From Eledone cirrhosa (taxonomy: Eukaryota): a stretch of 64,000 nucleotides of DNA. Below, piece after piece: positions 1 to 12,601 of the stretch. A model generated the notes under the pieces. The model made no database searches and was not told the origin of the DNA. It saw only the letters and a program-made list of their open reading frames with translations. How positions within the stretch are numbered: the first letter of the stretch is position 1; every line of letters begins with the position of its first letter. A program made the translations under genes and the position numbers. The stretch covers positions 51,894,001 through 51,958,000 of the forward strand of contig OZ024751.1 in the NCBI GenBank assembly GCA_964016885.1, given 5' to 3'.

Positions 1-755
1 AATCTTTACTTCTCTGAAAGTAAAATCATTTCAGCTTTCATATACATAGACATCTTCCAATCTGTTATAATTGTATTCATATCTAGAATGTATTTATGTC
101 AAAATGTTTGTGACGTAAACAAGATTGAAGTGTCCCAGCAACAAAGATATCTCGTACAAAAGTTACAAATACTGCTCTGACTTCCTCCGAATGTTGCTGA
201 ATTTAGGTAGCAAACATGTTAGGGTCTCCTAGTACTATTTGCGGTAATGTTTAACAGTCTGATGCCCTTCTAGATGCCAACCCTTTTAGTCACCTCTTAC
301 TATATGCAGGCACATGGCTTAGTGGTTAGGGTGTTCTGCTCACAAACAAGCTCTTTAATCTGATATTTGGTGACATATTGTGTCCGTGTCCAATGTGCTC
401 CAGTCCTCTCAGCTGACAAAAATGAGTTGTTTGTAATTCAAAGGGCCAGCCTTATCACTCATTGCTTCACACTAAATCTCCCTGAGAACTTACATTCATG
501 GTATATGTCTCTATAGAATGCTCAATCACGTGTCTGTTAATTTCATGAGCAGGCTAATCCATTGTACAAACAACTGGAAAACTCAGTCAGAACCGATGGA
601 AGGTTCAGCATACACACAATATGCAAGCAAGGATATAACTATTATGGCAAAATACTAAGACTGATACTTATCACAAATTTATTTAAAGTGTATATTACAA
701 AAAATTCATAAGGATATATACTAAAACAAGGAATTGGTTGCATATTTCTTCCTCT

Positions 756-3700
756 TCATTTCTGAATCACTTTTCGTATCTCTTCAGCATCTCTCTGAAG
801 TTCTTCATTGTCAGGGTCTATTTTTAAGGCAGCCTCATAGTCCTGTAAACCTGTAATTTTAATCCAGAACCAATAGTTAGCTAAGCAGAGAAAAATTGTC
901 AAAATAGATATTAATTGGCATATAATGACATATCTTTGGAGAAAGTTAGCCTATTATCAGCCTTAGTAAATAACTGGTATATATATATTGTAATGATAAG
1001 AACCAATTTGAACCAGGATTTAGAAGCATGTTTTCCTCTAAAACATTAAATCATTTAATAATAATTATAATTATAATGATAAACAACAATTTACCTTCCA
1101 CAAAAAGCTCCATCTTACAGAATGCTGTACCCCTTCTCACAAATGCTTTGCACCTGCTGCTGGCATTTTGGGGTACTGGTGGAACTAGTAGATCCAATGC
1201 CTGTTCAATGAGAAGAAATGCATTTTACACTTATGTTTTGATTGGTTTGGAAATAAAGTTTCCTAGATCCAATCCAATACTATGCAATAAGACAAGCACC
1301 AGAGATCAAAACACATTGGTACATAGTGTACATGTAAATACTTGTATATATTTTTTATTAAATGATTCATCGCAGAAAGGTCTTGTTTCTGTATTTTTCA
1401 ACATAGACCCCCTTGCGGTCCATACACTTCTTCGATAGGTGTTGCAGTGCTTCTAGCTTGTATCCCATTGGTGAAGAAGCTTTCAACCTGTAGGTCAAAA
1501 AGTCATCAACAACAGATATGATGTCATCATCACTGTGATACTGGTTCCCAGCCAAGTGTCTTTTCGTGTTGGGAAACAGATGATAGCCAAGACCTGTTAA
1601 TGGACCAGTCTCAAATTGACATATATAGTGTTTAAAAACAAGAATCTATTACCTTTGAACTGTCTTCAATACATTTCATATAATTATTTACTTTAAGGTG
1701 GCAAGCAGCTCTGTTAGAATATAGACTGAACAAGAAGTAAATATTAAGGAAAAATACAGCAAACTTATGATAAATGTTTTGATAAAACATCTGAGCTCCC
1801 TCAATAGAGAAATGTTAGCTTTGTAGGTAAAGAAACCTCAATAGAGAAGTGAGAGCTTAGTCTGTAGAGAACCCCTAATAGAGAAGTGAGAGCTTAGTTG
1901 GTAGAGAACCCCTAATAGAGAAGTGAGAGCTTAGTCGGTAGAGAACCCCTAATAGAGAAGTGAGAGCTTAGTCGGCAGAGAACCCCTAATAGAGAAGTGA
2001 GAGCTTAGTCGGTAGAGAACCCCTAATAGAGAAGTGAGAGTTTAGTCGGTAGAGAACCCTCAATAGGCAAGTGTTACTTTTTTAGGTCAAGATTAAAATG
2101 CTCTTGCCAGTTAATCCTTTCAAAGAAACTGTGCCTTATAATCAAAACTACAGTGTATGGTTGTTTAATAAGCAATTGTTGTCTTATAGCTGCAGCAAAT
2201 TCAGCAGGGTTTTTAGAATGTTTTGTGGTCTTTGTTCAAGCTCTCTATGCTAGCTCAATTCCCACCAAGCTTAACTTTACCTTTCATCTTTTTGAGGTCA
2301 ATAAATAAAGTACCAGTCTAGTACTCGCTGGCTAGTCTCATGCCATCTTTTCTTTTTGATCGTTTTGTTGACTACATCATCAAGCAACTGTTAAAAATGT
2401 ATCAAGCTCATTGGTCTCAGAGGACTTGTGAGGGTCCTGGGTACAATCCCTTCTGAGCTGACATTTACATACAAAATTACATTTCTTTAATGTGATGTTA
2501 TCCTATAAAGTTTTAAAGGATACGCAGACATTTTATAATCAAGTTGAATAGCATGAGAGTATATATTTATGGCAGCCAAGTAGTTTCCATCTTGGTAGAA
2601 TTTACTGAAACAGATAAAGAAATCATTATTTCCAAGACATGTTTAAATGTGAAATGTACCATCTTAATTTACGTATTTAATTATTAAATCAGTCTCAAAT
2701 TCATTGTCTTAATCTACATATTTAATTATCAAACTGATGTCAGATATACTAATATTGTCTTAATCAACAGATTTAATTGTTTAATCAATATCTGAGAGGT
2801 CTGTAGCTCTACTTGTGTAGAAGACCTATCCAACCCTTGCTGGCAGGGAAAACGGATGTTAAATGAATAAGATTGATGTCTTAATTGACATATTCAATTC
2901 TTAGTGTCAAATATGCTGTCTTAATTAACAAATTTAATTATCAATATCATAGTCTTCTGTTATAAGTCTGTTCATACCAGGATGGGGGAGGGGGGATTCC
3001 AAAACACACAAAATAAGTATCATGTAGTAAGTTTAATTTGCCCAACCCCCTTTTCTTTTATCTTTTTTCTTTTTTCTTTTTTAGTACTGTATAAATATCT
3101 ACTCAGTCTTACACTTATTAGATAAGCCAAATAGTTATCTTCTATCTATCCCATCCCAAAGTTGACATCCTTCCTCTGTCAAATAACAGAGGAAGGATGT
3201 GAACTTAAAAGATTCTTACACAGAATTATGATGGAAAGTTTTTAGATAAATATAAACATCTATAACTATACATAGTAAATATAATGTATAAATGTATATA
3301 ATAGATATAATTGTTTCTACTTTTGGCACAAGGCCAGCAATTACCCAGTACATTGCTGGTACTTTATTTTATCGACCCCGTAAGGATGAAAGGCAAAGTT
3401 AACCTTGGCGGGATTTGAACTCAGTTCGTAAAGGGACGTAACTGTGCTGCAAAGCATGGCGTCTGACCCTCTACCGATACTGCCAATCCATATAATGTAA
3501 GGTGATACTTACTTTCCTTTATCTCTCAACCAGAGAGGGTTTTTCTCTTCTTCACTCAGATCCTTCGTCATAAATTCCTTTATGCGAGTCGCTTCAGCTT
3601 GTTTTTTTAACCACTTCATTCAATAAAATTTAGGATGGAAAATATAGAAGAAAAAAAAAACTGTATTATATTGGCAAAGACATGAAAACTTCTCTAGTGT

Positions 3701-6700
3701 TGGTGCCATGATAAAATTCATATGCTGAGTCCCCAGCCTGTAGGAGCAAGGCAATGCATGTAAACAGGACCTGTTCCCCCAGGTAACCTGGAGATTGATA
3801 ACTCTACTTGAGTACTGGCCAGTCTGAAAACACACCCAACCCTTGCTAACAAGGACAACAGTCATTAAACGATGGTGATGATATATGCTCAAAACACAAC
3901 ATAGTACTCAGTTGAGAAATCAAACCCATAGATTTATGATCCCGACTAAGACACCCCAAAAACTGTTGGCCTTGTGCCTATAGTAGAAATCATTATTAAC
4001 ATTACATTCTCGTACTTTCTCTGTATAAAATGTAAGAAGATTTTGACATGAAATCTTTACTTAAAAGAAAAGTGTGTCTTAAACACTAGAAAATGCAGTA
4101 AATAATTCTTCTTTACCTCTTCTTCTTGAGGTGTCTGAGACTCCCTGACAGGAGTAGGAAATATTCTTGGAGTGAAGCTAATTTCAATTTTCCCACTTTC
4201 TCTTGTTGGAATATCAGAAAACATGTCACCTTCCATTGAAGTAAAACAAAACAGAAGTGCTATGAGTATATTTTTTATTAATAAGAATATTAATTTCTAT
4301 TTTAAGCACAAAACCAGCAAACTTTTGCGGGGAAGAGAAAAGTTGATTAAATAAACCCCAGTATTTGACTGGAACTTTATTTTAGCCATCCTGTAAGGAT
4401 AAAAAGGCAAAGATAACCTCGGCAGTATTAACTTTGCCTTTCGTCATTCTAGGGTTGATAAAATAAAGTAGCAGTCAAGTACTGGGGTTGATTTAATTGA
4501 CTTTCCCCTCCCGATAAAATTGTTAGCTTTGTGCCTAACTTTGAAACCTTTATTATGAATGAACATTTCTGATTGTCGTGAAAAGTTAATGTAGATATTA
4601 ATAACATAAAGAATTTATAACAAAACTTCAATATTTAATTGCCGTTGTTGTTTTATCATATGCCTTTCCTTCAAATTATATTCTTTTTAAATCATTTTGT
4701 CAGAAATATTTGAATATTTAAACATACCTTATGAATTATTGATGCACTGAGAGTGATTAAAATTTGAAAATTTGAATATAGATAATGATTGAGAAAATTA
4801 GGTAAATTATAATTATAGTGATCAACTGTTATTACAGTTTTCTGCATCTGGGACTCTCACATGTTCTTCTTCGTCGTCCACTTATTCCCGAGAAGGTCGT
4901 GGGGACTGAGTCCTCAAACACTCCTTCCAGCAGGTCCTGTCAGAAGCAAGTGTCTCCAATTGATCAGGCTGGATCCCAAAGAGAGACCAGCTGAGCTACA
5001 GATGTTATCCAACTATCTTGCTTGGGGTTGACCCCTGGATATCCTGCCAGTTGGTTTTGTCCGAAAATCTGTCCAGTAATTGTTTCCTGAGACATTCTAT
5101 ATGAATGTCCAAATATTTGTGTTTGGATAAATAGTGCTAAATAGAAACCATTTAATGTGGGAGTCAGGCTCCGCCAAGGTGCATACTGTCACTTCTCCTG
5201 TTCATAATCTTCATGAAGAGGATTGACATGTACAGCTAGGTTGGAAATGATATCAAGACTGGGAGATGTCGGCTGGAATTTGCAGATGACATGGTATTAA
5301 TTAACTCATCAGGTGATCTCTGACATGCACTTGATAGGTTTGATGCTGAGTGCTGCATGGCTAGAATGAAAATCAGTGCTCTCACATATTCAAAACTTAA
5401 AATTTAAATATTCATGAAAAATAATATTAAATGAGATTTACTCTTCACTTTTTCAGTTAATTTCTTCCTGTAAACAGGTTTGGAGTTCTTACTCATGGCT
5501 TTCTTTTCTTTGAGTATTTTTGCTTTTTCCTGCAAAGAGCAAACAAATTAGATAAATGTATCATAATCTATAAAGCTCAGTGTGTGTGGTCATGCTCCTT
5601 TCTTATAGAAATCTACGATATAGAATTTCTTCAATTGAAATTTACAATTCAGTATTCGAAATAGTTTCGATTGCGTCTTGGCACATCTCATTTTTTCAAT
5701 TTCACCCACAATTACGCAAAAAATAGATAAAACTCAATATTTTACGATTTTTCTCTGTCATTTAAACTGCTAAACTCTCCACTACCATTCAAAATCTATA
5801 CAACTTCATACTTTCTGCTACTTTCTCTTTCCAAGCTTGATGGTGATACTGTCTGTTTTACTCTCTCAACACACTCACTTCAACAACAACAACAATCTGC
5901 CTTTTATAGATAATGATAAACAATAATATCCTCTATGAGGTCACTAAACCTGCTAGAAACAGCAGCTAACTCTCCCCCATATCACACCCATCCCTACTGT
6001 CTTAAATTTAGAAAACATATCTTCTATGAAGTCACTAAACCTGCTAGAAACAGCAGCTAACTCTCCCCCATATCACACCACTCTCTACTGTCTTAAATTT
6101 AGAAAACACATATCCTCTATGAGGTCACTAAACCTGCTAAAAACAACAGCTAACTCTCCCTCATATCACAACCCTCCCTACTGTCTTAAATTTAGAAAAC
6201 ACACAGACAACCATGCAGAACAACTCCATCGCAGCTCTGTTGTTCGGCTGGCATCGTCTACGCGTGTATTGTGCAAGTACTGTGAAACAATAAATTTCAA
6301 CACTTTTTTGCCCAGAGATAATATCCATAGGCGAAACTACAATTGTCACTGCTGGCGCAGCTCCTGCTTCCAGGTCTGCAATTCATTCACCCAGTGCCTG
6401 GCAGACAAAAAAGTGCTGCCATAAAATGGGTGGTGCAACCTAACTTTGGTAACTTAATGACCCCGAGCAATGCCGGGCTTTAATGCTAGTCTTTACTAAA
6501 CAACAAAAAAAAACAATGTGTGTGTGAGAGAGAGAAAGGGAATGTATGGAAGAGAGAGAATGTGTGAATGAGAGTTTGTGGAAGAGAGAGAGTGTGTGTA
6601 AGGGAGAGTATGTTAAAGAGAGAAAGAGAAGAATATATAGTCAAACCATACATAATCTGATTGTAAATTTGATGGAATCATAAGTTTTATGAAATGGCTG

Positions 6701-9700
6701 GTATTATCAAAGGCATTCAGCTAGAGAACGCTGCCTCAAAATGTGTTGTCTAACTCATGCCGGCATGGAAAAGCAGCCATAAAAATGATGATGTCTATTA
6801 AACTAACAGAAACATGTGTCTGACAATCAAACAGACACAGGCATTTGTCTGACAGACAGACAGGTAGTCATATGACTGATGGACATTCAGACAGAATCAT
6901 GTGTTTAATAATTAGACAGACCTGTGTCTGACAGACAGCCAGAGACATGTGCCTCACAATCAGACAAATACAACCGACAGTCAAACAAATAGAGCTATGT
7001 GTCTGACAGTCAGTAACAAATACAATCACTTCACTACCTGACAAAAAAAATATTCTAGAAACCTGTTCAGCAATTAATTTTTGTTTAGCTTTCCATTCTT
7101 CAAGTTCCTGATTTGCTTTCTGTTTTTCGTGTTCTTTGATGTTGTGAATTCTGTCCCTCATCTGATCTTCAATCTAGTTGATATGGTAAAAAAAAAGATT
7201 TTCAGCTAATATATTTTATCATAGTAGATTATTAAATATAGAATATTTACTGTATACCCTCATCCATATGTTACACTGGGAGATAATTCACACCTCTATT
7301 TTACATACAACATTTACAACAAACTGTATGTTTTGAATTGATGTAGGTCCAGTAAGTAAATTATATGCTGATTTTTCATGGTGAAATGTGCGGTTTATAA
7401 TAATAATAATAATTGTTTCTACTTTAGGCACAAGGCCAGCAATTACCAGTGCATTACTGGTACTTTATTTTATCGACCCCGTAAGGATGAAAGGCAAAGT
7501 CAACCTCGGCGGGATTTGAATATAATAATAATAATAATAATAATGAAATTATTGTGTAAAGTGCTCAGGTGCACTACAACTCGTCAAAGGTGCATGTATA
7601 GTATATAGAATAATATACAAATGTCAGGGAAGTGAATAGTGTATGAATCATGATATCCATGTGTGTATGTGTATGGAGGGGGAATATTAGGTGTAGTGTT
7701 GGCGAATCTCAGGAAGCATGGAGGTTTTAAAGGATGCAGTGTTTCGACAGCTAACAACTGATGAAGGTAGTTTGTTCCATGCTTCAGCAACTCTGAGCGT
7801 GAAAAAATGTTTCCGAAAGTCATGGGAACTGTGCTGTTTTCTGACTTTGTGGGCATGCCCACGTGTGTTAGGCACATGGAAATCAAAAAGGTACTCAGGG
7901 TTGTTGTTGGCAAGATGGTTAATAATTTTGTGGGTGTTTACCAAGTCAGTTGCCAGATGTCAGAGCTTCAATGTATCCATGCCCAGGGAAGCAAGGCGTC
8001 AGAGTATGGTAGATGCCTGATGGAGGTTTCCAGGCGGTCAATGTTCTGAGCAAGATAGGGGTTCCAGACTGGTGATGCAAATTCTAAGTGTGGCCGCACC
8101 ATAGCTATGTACAGCTTTAAATAGATAGCTGGAGAGCGGCTGACAAAGGTCTTGCTGAGTGAAGCTAAGACACCCTCGGCTTTCTTGACAATTTTAGAGA
8201 CGTGCTTCGTCCAACGCAAATCGCTGCTGACCGTAATGCCCAGGTCACATTCACAAGAAGACTTCTTGATATTAGTGCTGTGGAGGGAGTATGTGGACCA
8301 TGGGTTTTTACTCCCAAAATGCATGGTGGTGCACTTGTCCACAGCTAGCTTGAGTTGCCAGTCTGTGATCCATTGTTGCATTGTGTCCAGGTCAGATTGC
8401 AGGCAAGATCTATAGTGTTCAGGATCTGTCCTTTTTATCTCAAAATACAACTTGATGTCATCTGCATATTTCAGTACTGTGGCATTCTTTAAGTTGGCAT
8501 CTATGTCATTAATATATGCCACAAACAAAAGGGGGCCATGAACAGATCCCTGTGGTACACCAGATGACATCTCATATGGTGAGGAATGCTGTCCTAGAAC
8601 CGTGACTACCTCTGTTCGACTGAGAATGAAGGACTTCAACCAGTTAAAAAGATCATCCTTCATACCCATTGCAGAGAGTTTTGCCATAAGCCTTTTGTGT
8701 GGCTCAGAATTGAAAGCTTTAGCAAAGTCAAGGTAAACAACATCCACCCATGAGCCGCCATCAGTGATATGGGTGATGTCTTCAAGAAACTCGATAAGTT
8801 GATCACAGCAGCTGGAGTTAGGGATAAATCCAAATTGCGAGGGCAGGAAAAGACTGTGAGAGTTCCAGAATTTCCAAAGTGTTTCTCTGACACAGGATTC
8901 CATCAGTTTGGCAATGCAGCTAGTAAGACTGACTGGACGATAGTTCACAGGTGATGTGCGGTCACCCTTTTTGAACAGAGGAAAGACACTGGCAGTTTTC
9001 CACTGTTCTGGAGTAGCACCGTTGTTCAGACAGAATTGGAAGAAGCGTGATAGCTGGTGCAGAAGGAAGTACCCACCACGTTTGAGAAGCAGGTACGTAA
9101 CACCATCAAGACCAGGAGAGGCATGGTTGCGTTTATTTTTAAGGTGACGTCGCAGCATTGCAGGTGTAAATTCCATAGTTGTAATAGAATCCGGTGTCAT
9201 AGGTGATGGAGACGGTACACTCTGGTCTTCAATAGTGAAAATGCCTGCATAGCATTCAGCAATGAGCTCTGTGCATTCCTTGGGGTCGTCAGTAACCTGG
9301 CTTGGGTGGGGATTGCGAAGAGGACCAAATGGCGAGTGCGGCCTCTACTTTGAGTGAACATACTTCCAGAACACCTTACTGTCAGGGCTGGTTGCTATGC
9401 GCTGCTCAAATTGAAGCACTGTCTTTTTTGTCACCTATTTGAGATGGTTGGATGATTTATTTTGCCTCTTCCTATTGATATCTGATTTATGCAGTTTGTA
9501 CTCACGTTCAGCATTACAACGTTCTTTTCTGGCAAGACGGACTGCTGCAGTCTCCCAAATTGCACTTTTGGGATTTTTTTTCTGTTTACGTGGCACCGAT
9601 GCTGCACATACTGTCCATATTGAGCTCAGGATGTTCTGGAGTACAGTGTTGACATCTCCAGAGTCGTTTGGACGTTGCAACTCGGTGCAGTAACAGTTCC

Positions 9701-12601
9701 AGTCTGCTTTATTCCAGTCAAAGTGAGCAGTTTGGAGATGGTTGTGGTTTTTGTTACTGCCCATGAGGGAAAGATTGGCAATGACCATAGCATGATCAGA
9801 GTCACCTAAAGGTTCCTCAGCAGTAACACTAATAACCGTTTCAGGAGTAGTGGTGAAGAGTAGGTCCAAAGTGTTGTCAGCTCTTGTTGGGGAGGTGACT
9901 ACTTGAGACCAGCACGAGCTCAAGGAAGTCATTTGCACTTGGCGGCCAACGAAAAGTTTCCCAGTCAATCTCAGGGTGATTGAAGTCCCCTGCAATAAAA
10001 ACATAAGTGGCTGTTTTCCTAGCAGCAACTCTGAGGATATCACAAAGTTAAGTGTCCTGATGGTAACTTGGGGGACGGTAAACGACTCCAAGTAGCAGTG
10101 TTGACATGGTCATACGTATATTGCAGAAAAATACATCCTGTTGTGATTGGTTCAAATCAACACAAGGAATTGCCGACAAATTTGACCGAACATAGACCAT
10201 TACACCACCACCACCACGATTAATGCGGTCTATATGAAACAAGTTGTAGCCAATTATGCTGAAAACCCCATCACAGAGTAAGGAATGTGCCCAAGTTTCC
10301 GTGACTGTAATGAAGTCAGGGTTGATACTTTTGACGTAGGAGTCAAAAAGATGAATCTTATTGCATAGACTACATGCATTCAAAGACAACAATTTGTACC
10401 TTGATTCAGGTCTATGATTATGTGCAGGGGATGACAGGTTGTTCTGATTTAGTTTATATAAGAGTGTATACAGTATATAAGTACAAGGGTTTTTAGAGGT
10501 AAAGAAAATGTGTAATAGTCTTGCCTTTCTCGGAAGCCTTGATGAAATTAATCTAATGAAGCAGCTAGTTCTTACTAGGAATATAGAATCAGGTGGCAGA
10601 ATCAATTCATTGTAAACTTAGAATGAATTAAAAGGAAGATGTGGCAGAGGGAAGCCAAGGAAGACTTGGGCAGAAGTGGTAATAGCTGATCCCAGGATCC
10701 TGAACCTCACAGAGGAAATGTCAAAGGGACACAACAGGTTGAAAGAAGGTATGGTAAACACTGACCAGTGATGACAAGACATGAACAGGAGTGGTGAGAA
10801 CTGATCTCAGAATGCTGACCCTCTTAAAGGAGATGACAAAGGAATGAGACAAGTAGAGGGACTCTTTGTGAGAGAAGACTTGTTTAACCCATGCAAGCAT
10901 AGAAAAACACAAAAATGATAATGAAGGACAAATTGTAAAGAGATAATATCTGGAAAACATTTGATCATATGTCTTCTCAGCCATTAATATCCTTCTTTAC
11001 CACCATCACCATTAACCTACTCCTCAATGTCACCACTAGGATCATCAAGTCAGCCTGATCCAGCAGACATGTTTACTAGATATTGCCATGCTTTGATGCA
11101 TAGAGTTACGGCCCTTGCCATTCTGAGTTCAAATCCCGCCGAGGTTAACTTTGCCTTTCATCCTTACGGGGTCGATAAAATAAAGTACCAGTAATGCACT
11201 GGGTAATTGCTGGCCTTGTGCCAAAAGTAGAAACAATTATCATTTCACCATTTCACAAAAAACTGACTAACTTTCATCATCTTTTTCAAGGCATATTTCT
11301 CATTCAGTCTTTTAGTTTCATCTCGTTTATTTTTCTCCTCTTCAGCTTCTTTCTGTGATTTCTCTATTGCTTTTTCTCTCACAACTTTCATTGCAGCTTT
11401 GTCACCTATTAGGAGATTAAAAAAAGCAACTAAATATATTGTTGACATATATTTTTAAAGTCTGGTACCGGTTTTATCAAGACAAACAAACAAGCACTAG
11501 ATGTTATGTAATGTAAATGTAAACAGAGCCACAGATATGTGTGTATATATATATGATGGGCTTCTGCAGTTTCCATCAACCAAATTTCACTCATAAAGCA
11601 TTTGTTAATTTGAGGCTATCATAGAAAACACTAACTGAAGGGGTCAATGAAATACAGTTTGTTTTTTTAAATCAGGTGGTTTGCTATCAAAAGGGTTAAC
11701 TGATCAATAGATTATGTTTAAAAAACAATAAAAAAATTAATTACCCAAAATATCAGACTGCAATTTATTCCAGAGACCAGGTGTTAATTTTAAAAGTAAG
11801 AAGATCACTTCACCATTCTTTAACTGGACTGAACTTGCAGCATTGTCAACTTCTCCATGGAGAAAACATTCAAAGAGAAAAGGTCGGTAGCTCACCTGTA
11901 TGGTTAAAGAACAATATTAATATGAAATACAAATATTGTTTTAGGACTGCAAAGATGTTTAAAAGTATGTGAAAAAAAAGGCTGGGTTAGTTGACACCAG
12001 GATGGGCATCGAAATGTAAAAGATTGCTAGAAAATGTTCCACCAAGCCTATGCCACCTGGGAAAGGTGGACATATATAGAAAATGATGATGAAATTAGCT
12101 TCAAATCTGTTTTATTTTGTATTGGGATGTGTGAGTGGGAATAGGGGGAGCTCACTCAATGGATTGTGGCCATGCTGGAGCACCACTTTTTAGAGTATAG
12201 TCAGTTACATCAACACCAGTCCTTGTTTTATCAACCTTGGAAGAATAAAATACAAAATAGATCTGACTAGGATTTGAACTCAGAACGTAGCCATATAATA
12301 TATTTTGACATCATTTAATAAGATATTTTGACATCATTTAATATATCACTGTGCTAGAAATATAGTAATTGATAAATTATAGGATTTCCAGAAATGAATA
12401 AATTGCTAAGAGAGAGATGGTTAGATGGGTAGCTGATGGTGGAAATATGATAGACTTTATATAAATATTCAATCTCACCTTTAAATATTCACTAGATGTT
12501 AATATATCTACTTTGCTACTGTGTACTCCTTTAAGAGGTGTTTTTATGAGTACGTTCGTTTCGGTCTCTTCCCATTCATAGTCTTTTACTAAGACCGGCA
12601 T
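756..12601 (-). CDS. DNAAF4: Dynein axonemal assembly factor 4 (DYX1C1): N-terminal CS/p23 domain plus C-terminal TPR repeats; 11 coding exons, 391 aa
   Basis: Exons (minus): 12601-12479, 11895-11745, 11405-11272, 7173-7063, 5529-5442, 4229-4117, 3613-3513, 2604-2524, 1725-1653, 1200-1095, 850-756. All are GT-AG, phases are consistent, and the total is 1176 nt. Peptides [96 protein letters not shown] and [13 protein letters not shown] match DYX1C1 as I recall it. Confidence 0.93.
1367..1590 (-). mobile_element. Mariner transposase C-terminal remnant
   Basis: [30 protein letters not shown]...[13 protein letters not shown]. Confidence 0.8.
1803..2085. repeat. 37-bp minisatellite, about 7.5 copies
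   Basis: Unit aatagagaagtgagagcttagtcggtagagaacccct; the outer copies are diverged. Confidence 0.95.
3308..3490 (-). mobile_element. tRNA-derived SINE
   Basis: Full copy of the family consensus in reverse. Confidence 0.85.
4288..4555. mobile_element. Two SINE 3' halves joined head-to-head
   Basis: A minus copy at about 4288-4425 abuts a plus copy at about 4429-4555. Confidence 0.7.
4854..5391 (-). mobile_element. RTE-clade (Expander/Rex3-like) insertion with an inverted 5' segment and 13-bp TSD
   Basis: 3' end on minus (about 4867-5116). RT fragment on plus (about 5117-5378; [22 protein letters not shown]). Flanked by ctctcacatgttc and ctctcacatattc. Confidence 0.75.
5561..6489 (+). mobile_element. 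Putative non-autonomous Helitron-like element
   Basis: 3' end CTAG followed by T, with a subterminal GC hairpin cccgagcaatgccggg. The candidate 5' end a|tc...tctataaagctcagtgtgtgt is less certain. Confidence 0.45.
5927..6200. repeat. About 91-bp tandem repeat, 3 copies
   Basis: Unit tcctctatgaggtcactaaacctgctagaaacagcagctaactctccccc...ctactgtcttaaatttagaaaaca. Confidence 0.9.
7409..7520 (-). mobile_element. Truncated SINE abutting the CR1 (TTA)n tail
   Basis: SINE core and tail, starting at the B box. Confidence 0.8.
7522..10455 (-). mobile_element. 5'-truncated, decayed copy of the same CR1 family (ORF2 pseudogene) in DNAAF4 intron 3
   Basis: ORFs 10048-10605, 9435-10091, 7968-9200 and 7687-7944 are frameshifted pieces nearly identical to the 29585-32344 protein, with small deletions. 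It has the same 3' UTR and (TTA)n tail. Confidence 0.92.
10620..10930 (+). mobile_element. Decayed RTE 3'-end fragments
   Basis: [16 protein letters not shown]-like sequence and a tail similar to the other RTE 3' ends. Confidence 0.6.
11085..11240 (+). mobile_element. tRNA-derived SINE
   Basis: B box, core and tail match the family. Confidence 0.85.

Noticed and set aside
1028-1438. 136-aa plus-strand ORF
   Set aside because: It is antisense to a DNAAF4 exon and a mariner remnant, so it is a shadow ORF.
1803-2085. CRISPR-like 37-bp periodicity
   Set aside because: The units are contiguous with no unique spacers, and the context is a eukaryotic intron.
6026-6424. 132-aa ORF with an internal repeat
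   Set aside because: It spans a tandem repeat and a Helitron-like end, antisense in a DNAAF4 intron, with no recognisable domain.
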